64,000 nucleotides of DNA, taken from positions 2,488 through 66,487 of the forward strand of contig DAISYU010000005.1 in assembly GCA_036825155.1 (NCBI GenBank), written 5' to 3'. The notes beneath the pieces were generated by a model. It searched no databases and was not told the origin of the DNA. It was given only the letters and a program-made list of their open reading frames with translations. The DNA comes from Thermodesulfobacteriota bacterium (GTDB lineage Bacteria; Desulfobacterota; Desulfomonilia; UBA1062). This document shows, one piece after another, positions 47,456 to 55,964 of this stretch (within the stretch, counting starts at the first letter, position 1; every line of letters begins with the position of its first letter). The position numbers were made by a program, and so were the translations under genes.

Positions 47456-48360
47456 CACCAGACAGGACTCATTCGAAAAAGGCACCCAGATACCTCGAAG
47501 ACATCACCTACACCGTTGCTCCCGATCCATTATCTCAAAAAAAGGATACCCTGTTCGAATCCACCCTTTTTCTCGGGACATATGATGAAGAACAGATCAT
47601 GCGGATACTCGATAAGGAGGGTATTATCGGGATTCTCCACGAGAGGGGATATCGGAATCTCATTATCAGTATATCGAAACATGACAACTACACATCAAGG
47701 CTGTACGTGAATTTTGACACACTGGAGAAAGAGACGAGGCTCATAGAACTCATTGTCCGGGAGGGTATATTCAGGCCGAAAGAACACTTTGTGGACGGAT
47801 TCGATTTTGCCGAGGGCCTGTCCATGATTCTGATCGAATGGCTGGCCCTCCAGGACCCCAAGGCCGCATACAAACCGGGCAAACCGAGATTGCCGGGGCA
47901 GATTTATCCGGGCCTCGGGGGGCTTAAGAACATACAGGGCATGCTCTACTCATTCGGCAAATCCATGGGCAAGGATGCCATAATCGACATTCCCGAGTTT
48001 TATCATGCAGCAGTCATCTATTCCCGCATGTATTCAGAGATCTATTCCCGCATGTACTCGTTCTTTTCTCCAATTGATGCAGGACAGATGCAGGCAATGA
48101 TACGCGATCTGAACGACAGACCCCTTGCAGAGATCTCATTTGCCATCACCTGTGACTGCCTTGTACATGCCAGAACCGGTGAAAAAGCCCAGTGGAGGCC
48201 CTCTGAACAGATCTACCCCATTTCAAGAAAGCTGAAACAGTACGTTGACCATAAACAGTACCATGCCCTTGTGGAGCAGACCATGAATGAGCTCAGTTTT
48301 TCCCTGGATTGGGAGAAGTACGAGCGGCTGAAGGAACAGGGGATAACAGATGAAGTATAG
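47452..48360 (+). CDS. Hypothetical protein (302 aa) carrying an in-frame 8-codon tandem duplication
   Basis: No motif recognised. Coding-like ORF whose start overlaps the comF-like stop by 4 nt, suggesting translational coupling. Confidence 0.4.
   Translation: MTPDRTHSKKAPRYLEDITYTVAPDPLSQKKDTLFESTLFLGTYDEEQIMRILDKEGIIGILHERGYRNLIISISKHDNYTSRLYVNFDTLEKETRLIELIVREGIFRPKEHFVDGFDFAEGLSMILIEWLALQDPKAAYKPGKPRLPGQIYPGLGGLKNIQGMLYSFGKSMGKDAIIDIPEFYHAAVIYSRMYSEIYSRMYSFFSPIDAGQMQAMIRDLNDRPLAEISFAITCDCLVHARTGEKAQWRPSEQIYPISRKLKQYVDHKQYHALVEQTMNELSFSLDWEKYERLKEQGITDEV
48017..48064 (+). repeat. 24-bp direct tandem duplication (2 copies, 21/24 identical) inside the CDS
   Basis: tctattcccgcatgtattcagaga / tctattcccgcatgtactcgttct encodes IYSRMYSE / IYSRMYSF. 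Confidence 0.8.
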
Positions 48361-49624
48361 GTTCGGTATTATCGGTCTGGGAAGGGTGGGCGGTGCCATA
48401 ATGACGCTTATGAGGCAGGCCGGGCATACCCCGGTATGGGCGGTCTCTTCGAAGGCAGGCCGCAGAGGTCTCGAGGTGTTCTCATCCCTGCCGGATGAGC
48501 CCTTCGGGGCTGAGGTGGTGTTTCTCACGGTACCGGACAGTGTTATCGAACACCTGGCGGAAGAGATCACAGGCAGATGGGGGAAGGCCTGTGACGGGAT
48601 CGCTTTCTTTCATTTCAGCGGGCTTTTTTCTTCGGACCTGCTCGAAAGCCTTGAGAGAATGGGTGGCGAGGTTGCGAGCCTGCACCCCCTGCAGTCCATC
48701 ATGGATGTTGCTCAAGCCGGTCGTGCCATTCAGGAGAGCTTCTTCACGGTGGAGGGATCTGAAAACGCCGCTGCCATCGCCAGGGACATGGTTTCCTCCA
48801 TCGGTTCCCGTGTGAAGGACATAGCGAAACAGGACAAGGTCCTCTACCATGCCGCCGCAGTGATTGCATCGAATTATCTGGTAAGCCTTGCAGCCCAGGC
48901 TGAAGGGCTCATGGAGGCAATAGGGCTGTCTCTGGACCACCTGATTCCGCTTATCAGGGGGACGGTATCAAATATCGAAAAACACGGCAGGTCAGCACTC
49001 ACCGGCCCCGTACAACGGGGCGACTGGGCGACAGTCAGTGCACATCTCACAGAGCTCGACAAGAGGTTTCCCGACATCCTGCCGTCATACCTCATGCTGG
49101 GTCAGTACACGGCGCGTCTTTCGGGGAAGAGCTGGCCCGAAGGTGCCTGGTCCCCTGACAAGGTGCTTGATTGGGATCTCATGGCTGAAAAAGCGACGAT
49201 ATACAAGAACAGAGACATGAAGCTTGTCTTTACGAACGGCTGCTTCGATATCATCCATGAGGGACATGTATCGTACCTGAGACAGGCCCGTGCCCTGGGG
49301 GACGCGCTGGTTGTGGGGCTCAATTCGGATGAATCGGTATCGAGACTGAAGGGCCACGACAGGCCTATAAATAACGTATCAGCCCGTGCCGCCGTTCTTG
49401 CCTGCCTGGAATGCGTCGATCATGTGTGCATTTTTACTCAAGACACCCCGTATGAACTCATCGACAGAATTCGCCCTGACATCCTGGTAAAGGGGGGGGA
49501 CTGGAAGGTGGAAGACATCGTGGGCAGTGATATTGTAAAGGCTTGCGGCGGTGAAGTGTACTCGCTCCCATTCAGACCGGGTCACTCCACCACCGGTATA
49601 ATCAATAAGATCAGAGAAGACTAG
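48350..49624 (+). CDS. Fusion protein: N-terminal Rossmann-fold NAD(P)-binding domain (DUF2520/ProC-like, from memory) plus C-terminal RfaE-domain-II/TagD-type cytidylyl/adenylyltransferase
   Basis: N-terminal GxGxxG (FGIIGLGRVGGAI). C-terminal 130 aa has the nucleotidyltransferase HxGH motif (VFTNGCFDIIHEGHVSYL) and an RfaE-II-like core (VVGLNSDESV ... ILVKGGDW). The kinase domain normally found in HldE is absent. Confidence 0.65.
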   Translation: MKYRFGIIGLGRVGGAIMTLMRQAGHTPVWAVSSKAGRRGLEVFSSLPDEPFGAEVVFLTVPDSVIEHLAEEITGRWGKACDGIAFFHFSGLFSSDLLESLERMGGEVASLHPLQSIMDVAQAGRAIQESFFTVEGSENAAAIARDMVSSIGSRVKDIAKQDKVLYHAAAVIASNYLVSLAAQAEGLMEAIGLSLDHLIPLIRGTVSNIEKHGRSALTGPVQRGDWATVSAHLTELDKRFPDILPSYLMLGQYTARLSGKSWPEGAWSPDKVLDWDLMAEKATIYKNRDMKLVFTNGCFDIIHEGHVSYLRQARALGDALVVGLNSDESVSRLKGHDRPINNVSARAAVLACLECVDHVCIFTQDTPYELIDRIRPDILVKGGDWKVEDIVGSDIVKACGGEVYSLPFRPGHSTTGIINKIRED

Positions 49625-50685
49625 AATCCCAGTATAAATCTCAGTGAATATCGTCGGTCGGTGCGCTGGCCGGCATATGCACCTATCTCCTCCGCATAGG
49701 TGAGGATGTCGAGCCGGGCATATTTCGCATCGAGGGTCAGCCCGGAGGTAAAATATCCCTGATAGAGCCCGACACGCAGAGACAGGACCTTGGGAAATTT
49801 TATTTCAGCACCGAGACGGATCCTCTTGGCGATGTCGTCATCGTCACCCAGCTGTGAGAAGACATCAACATAGTCCAGGGCAAGGGTCGTCTTGGTGATC
49901 CAGAATTCATGGTCTACGGCAAACCCGACATCGACATGATCATCCACATCCTGGGCATCCCCGAGGTCGCCGCCCACGAGGTTGTTTGCACTGATGCCTA
50001 TCTTCGCGCCGGGCATCCCCATGTCATCGAGTTTGCAGATAACGCCGACATCCACCAGTACACCGTTGCCGTCTACCAGGTCGTCATCGATCAGATCGTC
50101 GAAATCTTCAGAGGTGATGTCAAGGACGGTATATTCTTCGGTCAGGCTCTGCCGGTTGATGTATTTTGCGCTGGCTCCCACAAGAAGGGTGTCATCAAGA
50201 AACCCATGGGCGTATCCCGCCCCGACACCGGTATCGTTTATGACGTTGGTGATGACCTTGGGGTATTGCCTGTCGTAGACCTCGAGGTCCATCCTGGCAG
50301 TACCGATGAGGCCGAATGCGAATCCGGGCATCGAGTAGGACGGGAAGAGATTCAAGGCAAGATGCGCCCTCTCTCCGATATTCTCCCGCAGAAACTCAGC
50401 TGTTTCTATTTCATCATCAAAGTCCACATCAGCTGCATCACGGTATATGTCGTAGGCGTTCTCACCCACTTCCATCTCGAGCGGGAAGATTGATGCCCGT
50501 ATTGTTTTGATATCCGCAAGACCGGCCGGATTGTAAAAGAGGGCATTTGCATCGTTGGAGACTGCAACGAAAGCACCGCCCATACCCATGGGCCGCATGC
50601 CTTTATAGATATATGGATATTCCGCACCACTGCACAGCGCAGATGTCAATATCATGAACAGAACGACCAGCAAGATCTTCTTCAT
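49621..50685 (-). CDS. Outer-membrane beta-barrel protein, FadL/OmpP1-like family (hydrophobic-compound channel type)
   Basis: Signal peptide. N-terminal MGMGGAFVAVSNDANALFYNPAGLA resembles the FadL-family hatch motif (G-A ... ADDA ... NPA). C-terminal aromatic residue (LRFILGF). Confidence 0.5.
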   Translation of the reverse strand: MKKILLVVLFMILTSALCSGAEYPYIYKGMRPMGMGGAFVAVSNDANALFYNPAGLADIKTIRASIFPLEMEVGENAYDIYRDAADVDFDDEIETAEFLRENIGERAHLALNLFPSYSMPGFAFGLIGTARMDLEVYDRQYPKVITNVINDTGVGAGYAHGFLDDTLLVGASAKYINRQSLTEEYTVLDITSEDFDDLIDDDLVDGNGVLVDVGVICKLDDMGMPGAKIGISANNLVGGDLGDAQDVDDHVDVGFAVDHEFWITKTTLALDYVDVFSQLGDDDDIAKRIRLGAEIKFPKVLSLRVGLYQGYFTSGLTLDAKYARLDILTYAEEIGAYAGQRTDRRYSLRFILGF

Positions 50686-50697
50686 GGTGATTCCTCC

Positions 50698-51630
50698 TCA
50701 GTTGTATCCCAGCAGTTGGTTGCTGATAAAGTCCGAGATCATTGATCCGCTGTATCCGTTTATGGCCGCGGATATGGCATCTTCATCCGCGCTGTCATCC
50801 AGCCCGAGAAGTTCCCGCAGGAAGTCATTGAACTCATCAGAGAGGTCTTCATCCCCGCCGATGGTTGCAATAAGGACACGTAAGGCCGACGATACATTTC
50901 TGAGGTCGGCGACCAACGAGTCGATGATCTCCTGGTCGGAATCGATGTAGGCTGCCAGGTCATTCAGCAGGGCTGCCCAGTCATCGTCCTGGGGGAATAG
51001 TTCCTGGTAGGCATACTTGTTGACTGGTGCATTGCTCACGACAACTTCACCCGCACAGTACCCGATCTTCATGATGAAGTGCAGGGCTGAAGCGATACCC
51101 AGTTGGACGACATCATCGTCTTGAGGGGACAGATTGCCGTCGGTGTAGTAGTCCACAAGGGTCTCAAGGATATCCTGTGCAATCACCAGATTCTCGAGAA
51201 GGTTTTCTATGGAGGTGATCGCAATGTACTTGGGATCTGTCGATGCCGCTGCCTCAGGTGCCGCCTCAATAAAGGAAGAAGGCTGCATTTGAGATGTTAC
51301 CTCTACAGAAAGTGCAGCTGCAATGGCATCGAAGCTGTCATCGTCTGTCGAGTCGGCATTTTCGATGAGGTACGTGAGGTCTATGCCCGCCTTACCCATA
51401 TATGCAGAAGCGAGGAGCCTCGCAACCTGTGAGTCCGGCTCTGACGGATCGTAATCATCCCCGATCAGGGAGATGACCTCGTCATAATCTCCGTCATTCA
51501 GGGCTATCTGCGCCGCTTCAATGTTTGCCGCCTCGCTTGAATCATCGGCCAGGGACTCAAGAAGATTCGAGTCACACCCATACAGGGCAAGCAGGATGAC
51601 AGCAATAAGGATGTAGCGTTGTTTTTTCAT
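50698..51630 (-). CDS. Highly acidic secreted lipoprotein (310 aa), function unknown
   Basis: Lipobox LLALYGC-DSN. More than 20% Asp/Glu with many DD/DDD runs. Apparently co-operonic with the FadL-like outer-membrane protein (12-nt gap). Confidence 0.5.
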   Translation of the reverse strand: MKKQRYILIAVILLALYGCDSNLLESLADDSSEAANIEAAQIALNDGDYDEVISLIGDDYDPSEPDSQVARLLASAYMGKAGIDLTYLIENADSTDDDSFDAIAAALSVEVTSQMQPSSFIEAAPEAAASTDPKYIAITSIENLLENLVIAQDILETLVDYYTDGNLSPQDDDVVQLGIASALHFIMKIGYCAGEVVVSNAPVNKYAYQELFPQDDDWAALLNDLAAYIDSDQEIIDSLVADLRNVSSALRVLIATIGGDEDLSDEFNDFLRELLGLDDSADEDAISAAINGYSGSMISDFISNQLLGYN

Positions 51631-51964
51631 TTCTCTCTCCTTGCTGATGTTGATATGGTAGCTGCCCTACTAGTATCGGAACATTTCCCCGTAGAATTAA
51701 TTCGCGATGGATTGTGAAAGATCATCAATGATCATGAAACCATATGAAATAAAGAGAGTATCTCATTAAAATCCCTGTGTGAATTACTGCGGTGTTGCTT
51801 GGTAATAGTGCTTTTCTTCGTACAGAAATTATTCACACCTGATTTAGATGACTGCTGGTAACACATGAATGGATTCGATAGTCGCCAGCTCAAGGGCCCG
51901 TGGTTTGCAAGAGGCTATCATCTGAACAATATTTACGAAGGACTGGCTATGATCTCTTTGATAT

Positions 51965-51988
51965 CAAGGATGTTTCCGTTGATATTGT
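51965..51988 (+). promoter_or_regulatory. Conserved 24-nt element (copy 1) overlapping the putative promoter of the polyprenyl synthase gene
   Basis: CAAGGATGTTTCCGTTGATATTGT is 21/24 identical to CAATGATGTTTCCGTCGATATTAT at 55145-55168. It lies between a TTGATA -35-like hexamer (51958-51963) and the ATG at 52010. Confidence 0.4.
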
Positions 51989-52009
51989 CAGTGCTGTCTG
52001 ATATACACC

Positions 52010-52936
52010 ATGAGGATGAATGCGGCATTTGAAGAAAGACTGCGTGAGATAATTCACAGCTCTACACCCTATACACAGATTATAGGGGAATATATCCTCG
52101 ATTCAGGGGGTAAACGTCTCAGACCGAAACTGGTTGAGCTTATCGGTAGGGCAGTGGGTCTCAGGGATGAGCAGATTGATCCTCTCTCATACGCGGTGGA
52201 ACTCATGCACACCGCGAGCCTCCTCCACGACGATGTGGTGGACGGAACCGAGATCAGGCGAGCCAAGCCCACTGCAAACCAGGTGTTCGGGGATAAGCCG
52301 GCACTGTTGACCGGGGATTTCATATCATCTTCCGCACTGGAGATCATGTGCTCTCTGGGCAGCATCGAGGTCATGACCGCAATGGTTCAGACGATAAAGA
52401 AGATGGCCGAGGGGGAGTTAAAGGAACTCGAGTATGCCAGGGCGTTCCATGACAATATGGAGGTTTATCTCGACATCATCTATCTGAAGACAGCGACCCT
52501 GTTTGAGTTCTGCACCTATGCGCCGGGAGTTCTGGCCGGCCTGCCGAAGGGGCCCCTGGATGCACTGACCATGTATGGCCGGGCAATCGGAATGGGGTTT
52601 CAGATTGTGGATGATATCATCAACCTCACTCCTGTTGAAGATGATAACAAGGACCCGTTCAACGATATCCTCGAGGGAAAGTCCACACTGCCCCTGGTAT
52701 TCCTCTTTCAAGAGAACCCCGAGATTCTCGATACCCTCTCAGGGATGAGTGATCCCTATGAGAAGCAGCAGCTCATTATCTCCCACATCGGCCCAGGGAT
52801 CTTGAACAGGAGCAGGGAGGTTGCGCAGAATTATCTGGATGAAGCCACCATCTCCGTGAAGGATGCCGGATATCTTACCGACGATCTGGAAAGAATCCCC
52901 CCTGCAATTATTGCTCAGATCAACAGCCGGTTCTGA
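52010..52936 (+). CDS. Trans-polyprenyl diphosphate synthase (IspA/IspB family)
   Basis: First Asp-rich motif LLHDDVVD and second Asp-rich motif GFQIVDDIIN. 308 aa. Confidence 0.85.
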   Translation: MRMNAAFEERLREIIHSSTPYTQIIGEYILDSGGKRLRPKLVELIGRAVGLRDEQIDPLSYAVELMHTASLLHDDVVDGTEIRRAKPTANQVFGDKPALLTGDFISSSALEIMCSLGSIEVMTAMVQTIKKMAEGELKELEYARAFHDNMEVYLDIIYLKTATLFEFCTYAPGVLAGLPKGPLDALTMYGRAIGMGFQIVDDIINLTPVEDDNKDPFNDILEGKSTLPLVFLFQENPEILDTLSGMSDPYEKQQLIISHIGPGILNRSREVAQNYLDEATISVKDAGYLTDDLERIPPAIIAQINSRF

Positions 52937-53046
52937 TACCTGCATCACAAACAGTTCTGTTGCGTATCATTGCACGATTTCTATTGATTTTTCATGAATT
53001 CAACCCTACGTAAAGGGTAACAATCTTTAAGGGAGAGGTCGCAGTA

Positions 53047-53985
53047 TTGGATTACAAAGATTACTATAAAGTTCTTGGCGTGGATCGTAATGCCACCCAG
53101 GATGAAATAAAGAAAAAATACAGGAAGCTCGCCAGAGACTGCCATCCTGATACCTGTAGAGACGATCCGGATGCAGAAAGGCGGTTCAAGGAACTCAATG
53201 AAGCCCATGAGGTCCTGGGCGATCCGGAGAAGCGCAGCCGCTATGATGCACTGGGAAGCGACTGGCAGGAAGGTCAGACCTTCAGGCCGCCGCCAGGGTT
53301 CGAACATATCTTTGGTGGAGAGCCCTTCGGAGCACGATCCGGCAGGGGTGCCAGAAGCTTTTCTTTTGAGTTTGGCCCCGGCACTGCACACCAGTCAGGT
53401 GGGTTTTCGGATTTCTTTGAATCCCTTTTCGGAGATATGGGACTGAGAGGTCATACGAGCGGCAGACCCTCAGCCCCGAAAGGCTCTGATCTGGAGACGG
53501 AAGTGAGCATTTCCCTGGAGGATGCCCACGCAGGATCTACCAGAGAGATTCATCTCCAGGGTCCCGGCGGGGGTAAAAGGCTGAACGTCAAGATACCCGC
53601 AGGTGCGCATGACGGGATGAAGATCCGGCTTGCCGGACAGGGGAATGTCGGTCCTGGCGGGGCCGGTGATCTCTACCTGAAGCTGCGGCTTTCTCAGAAC
53701 GGTAAATATCGGCTCGAAGGCAATAACATCATAATGGATCTCCCCATTGCACCATGGGATGCGGCCCTGGGAACAACCAAGGAGATACAGACACTGGATG
53801 GGACGTACAATCTCAAGGTACCGGCAGGTGTTTCCTCCGGTCAGCGCCTGCGGCTCAAGGGACGGGGCCTTGCGCATAAGGGGGATCTTTTTGCCCAGAT
53901 AAAGATTATGACCCCCAAGGATATGAGCAATGAAGAAAAGAGACTCTTCACTGAACTCAAAGAGATATCGAAATTCAAGCCGTGA
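53047..53985 (+). CDS. cbpA: DnaJ-domain co-chaperone lacking the zinc finger (CbpA-like curved-DNA-binding protein)
   Basis: J-domain DYYKVLGVDRNATQDEIKKKYRKLARDCHPD, a G/F-rich linker and DnaJ C-terminal domains with no CxxCxGxG repeats. TTG start. Confidence 0.8.
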   Translation: MDYKDYYKVLGVDRNATQDEIKKKYRKLARDCHPDTCRDDPDAERRFKELNEAHEVLGDPEKRSRYDALGSDWQEGQTFRPPPGFEHIFGGEPFGARSGRGARSFSFEFGPGTAHQSGGFSDFFESLFGDMGLRGHTSGRPSAPKGSDLETEVSISLEDAHAGSTREIHLQGPGGGKRLNVKIPAGAHDGMKIRLAGQGNVGPGGAGDLYLKLRLSQNGKYRLEGNNIIMDLPIAPWDAALGTTKEIQTLDGTYNLKVPAGVSSGQRLRLKGRGLAHKGDLFAQIKIMTPKDMSNEEKRLFTELKEISKFKP

Positions 53986-53988
53986 AAA

Positions 53989-54020
53989 AGCCGGTGTCTT
54001 TTAAGACACCGGCTTTTTTT
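53989..54020. terminator. Bidirectional rho-independent terminator between convergent cbpA and comEA
   Basis: aaaaaGCCGGTGTCttttaaGACACCGGCttttttt is a perfect 9-bp GC-rich stem flanked by an A-run and a T-run. A second hairpin TGCAGGGcagaCCCTGCA follows. Confidence 0.7.
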
Positions 54021-54068
54021 GTTGACTGCAGGGCAGACCCTGCATCACGATGTGTATCGTGCGTGATT

Positions 54069-54410
54069 TTACTGTTTCTTGCTTTTTTGAGCTTGCCCCT
54101 GTTTCGAGGTGATTTCCGTCAGGCGATAATCCGAGGCGCCATCCAGTTTGATGAAATCCCTCATGTTCTTGAGCTTCGCGTCACCAACTCCTTTCACCTT
54201 GACCAGATCGTCTATCGCTCTAAACGGGCCGTTGGCTGTCCTGTAATCGATGATGTTCTGTGCGATAGTCTCTCCGATACCAGGCAATAACTGGAGCTCT
54301 TCAGCTGTGGCCATGTTGACGTTCAGCTGACCATGCCCGCCGATTGCCATGCCCCCGAAAACGAATACAACAAGTGTGACCCCTACAAAAAACACAACAA
54401 ACCTTCTCAT
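54069..54410 (-). CDS. comEA: ComEA-like periplasmic helix-hairpin-helix DNA-binding protein
   Basis: N-terminal TM/signal segment then HhH motifs NVNMATAEELQLLPGIGETIAQNII ... VKGVGDAKL. 113 aa. Confidence 0.75.
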   Translation of the reverse strand: MRRFVVFFVGVTLVVFVFGGMAIGGHGQLNVNMATAEELQLLPGIGETIAQNIIDYRTANGPFRAIDDLVKVKGVGDAKLKNMRDFIKLDGASDYRLTEITSKQGQAQKSKKQ

Positions 54411-54681
54411 TCCAACCTCCTTTTTATTTATTCTTCACCAAGATAAACTTTGGTAGAATATTTATATAAATAAATCCTTAGATGTGAAAGTCAAGGGTTA
54501 CCATCAAGTAAATCTGAATGGTTAGGTAAATTACTGGAGGAAGGTTTTTGTTCAGATCGCCATAAGAAGTCTCGTTCTCGCGGCTGGTAGAATCACGAAA
54601 CCGGTGCCGTGAAAGACACCGTTTTCCTTTATGAACATCGGGGCAGAGCCATGGATGAGATTTTTGTATCGTGCATCGGTC

Positions 54682-55020
54682 TTACTGGGTTCTGCCCGGT
54701 GCATGACCTGTCTCAGGTGCTACATCATCCGCACGGCAGCCAGACACTCCTTCACGTTTAAGAGAATTCGTGATATTTCTGAGTTTGCCTTCACTCATTC
54801 CCTCCACCTTGACCAGTTCATCCAGTGACGTGAATGCGCCATTGACCTGTCTGAACTCAATGATGTTCTCTGCGATGGCCTCACTGATCCCCGGCAGCCA
54901 CTGGAGCTCGTCTGCAGATGCTGTATTGATGTTCACCTGACCATGTCCCCCATAGGCTATTCCGCCAAGAGTGAACATTACGACCACTATACCGAGGGTC
55001 AACATTGATAGCTTCTTCAT
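54682..55020 (-). CDS. comEA: ComEA-like periplasmic helix-hairpin-helix DNA-binding protein (tandem paralog)
   Basis: NINTASADELQWLPGISEAIAENII ... VKVEGMSEGKL. About 55% identical to the neighbouring copy. 112 aa. Confidence 0.75.
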   Translation of the reverse strand: MKKLSMLTLGIVVVMFTLGGIAYGGHGQVNINTASADELQWLPGISEAIAENIIEFRQVNGAFTSLDELVKVEGMSEGKLRNITNSLKREGVSGCRADDVAPETGHAPGRTQ

Positions 55021-55144
55021 TGTAAGCCTTTTTTTATGTCTCGCCTGGTTTTCATTTCAGGTGACAGGCTCATATAGGGTTAACAATGTGAACGTCAAGA
55101 GAACAGTCCCATGTGGAACCAAGAGAGTTAGTATGCCACCTTGA

Positions 55145-55168
55145 CAATGATGTTTCCGTCGATATTAT
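55145..55168 (+). promoter_or_regulatory. Conserved 24-nt element (copy 2) overlapping a putative sigma-70 promoter of the treT-otsBA locus
   Basis: CAATGATGTTTCCGTCGATATTAT lies immediately after TTGACA (55141-55146). A TATTAT -10 candidate sits 16 nt downstream of the -35. 21/24 identical to the element at 51965-51988. Confidence 0.4.
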
Positions 55169-55271
55169 TATGATAGATGCTTGATTAACCATTCAATATC
55201 ATATTGACTTTTTGTCTGAGATAAACATCAGGAAACAATGCAGGCATGAGATGTAACATACTCAGACCCGT

Positions 55272-55955
55272 GTGTTATCAAAATCTTATCAAAGAGACGA
55301 GATGATGGCAGAGGCATTCACACTGAAAGACTGTGCGCTGATCGCCATTGCCACCGGTCAGCAGGCACAGACCCTGCGTGAATTGCGAGACAGGCTCGAG
55401 ACAACACAGCTCAGCTGCATATACTACCATTTCTGGGGCGGGCTTTTACGGCCGCGTTTCGATGATCCTGAATTTCAGAACGACTTTGCCATCTGGGCCA
55501 GGCACAGCATTCATGACAAGCCACTTGCCGAACGACTGGCGCTTATCGATCCCACGCACTTTCATGACCTGGAAAACCTTCGCAGAGAGTTGATCGATAT
55601 AATCGAGGAGCGTCTCGACGAGAGTGAACTGCTGCCGTGGGCCAGGGCATCTCAGCGATTCTACTTTGTCCGGTCTCAGATCGTGGTGTTCGATACGGAC
55701 AGGAGGGTTCATGAGCCCGGAGAACTGAAAGCACTCATTCCTCATCTTTCTGCCGGGAGTGTCTTCTATCACTTCATAGATGCACGGCGCCGCACCCCGT
55801 TCGGCAATGACGACTTCAGCGAGTGGCTCCTGGGATTTAAAGAAAAATACAGGGCGCTGGTGGACCGTATTGCGATTATCGACCCCTATTTCACCACACT
55901 GGTTGATCTCAGACAGGAATTGGCCGGCGTTTTTGAAGAGTATCTCTCCACATGA
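55272..55955 (+). CDS. Hypothetical protein built from two tandem homologous domains, co-operonic with treT
   Basis: Internal duplication: SCIYYHFWGGLLRPRFDDPEFQNDFAIWAR ... ERLALIDPTHFHDLENLRRELIDIIEERL versus GSVFYHFIDARRRTPFGNDDFSEWLLGFKE ... DRIAIIDPYFTTLVDLRQELAGVFEEYL. Ends 9 nt before treT. Alternative start at 55302. Confidence 0.45.
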   Translation: MLSKSYQRDEMMAEAFTLKDCALIAIATGQQAQTLRELRDRLETTQLSCIYYHFWGGLLRPRFDDPEFQNDFAIWARHSIHDKPLAERLALIDPTHFHDLENLRRELIDIIEERLDESELLPWARASQRFYFVRSQIVVFDTDRRVHEPGELKALIPHLSAGSVFYHFIDARRRTPFGNDDFSEWLLGFKEKYRALVDRIAIIDPYFTTLVDLRQELAGVFEEYLST

Positions 55956-55964
55956 GGACAGCTA

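Noticed and set aside
54411-54681. AT-rich 270-bp spacer between the two comEA genes with a small GGTGCC/GACACC hairpin, as a possible mobile-element remnant or sRNA
   Set aside because: There are no inverted terminal repeats, no integrase or transposase and no direct repeats. It is most simply the promoter region of the downstream comEA copy.
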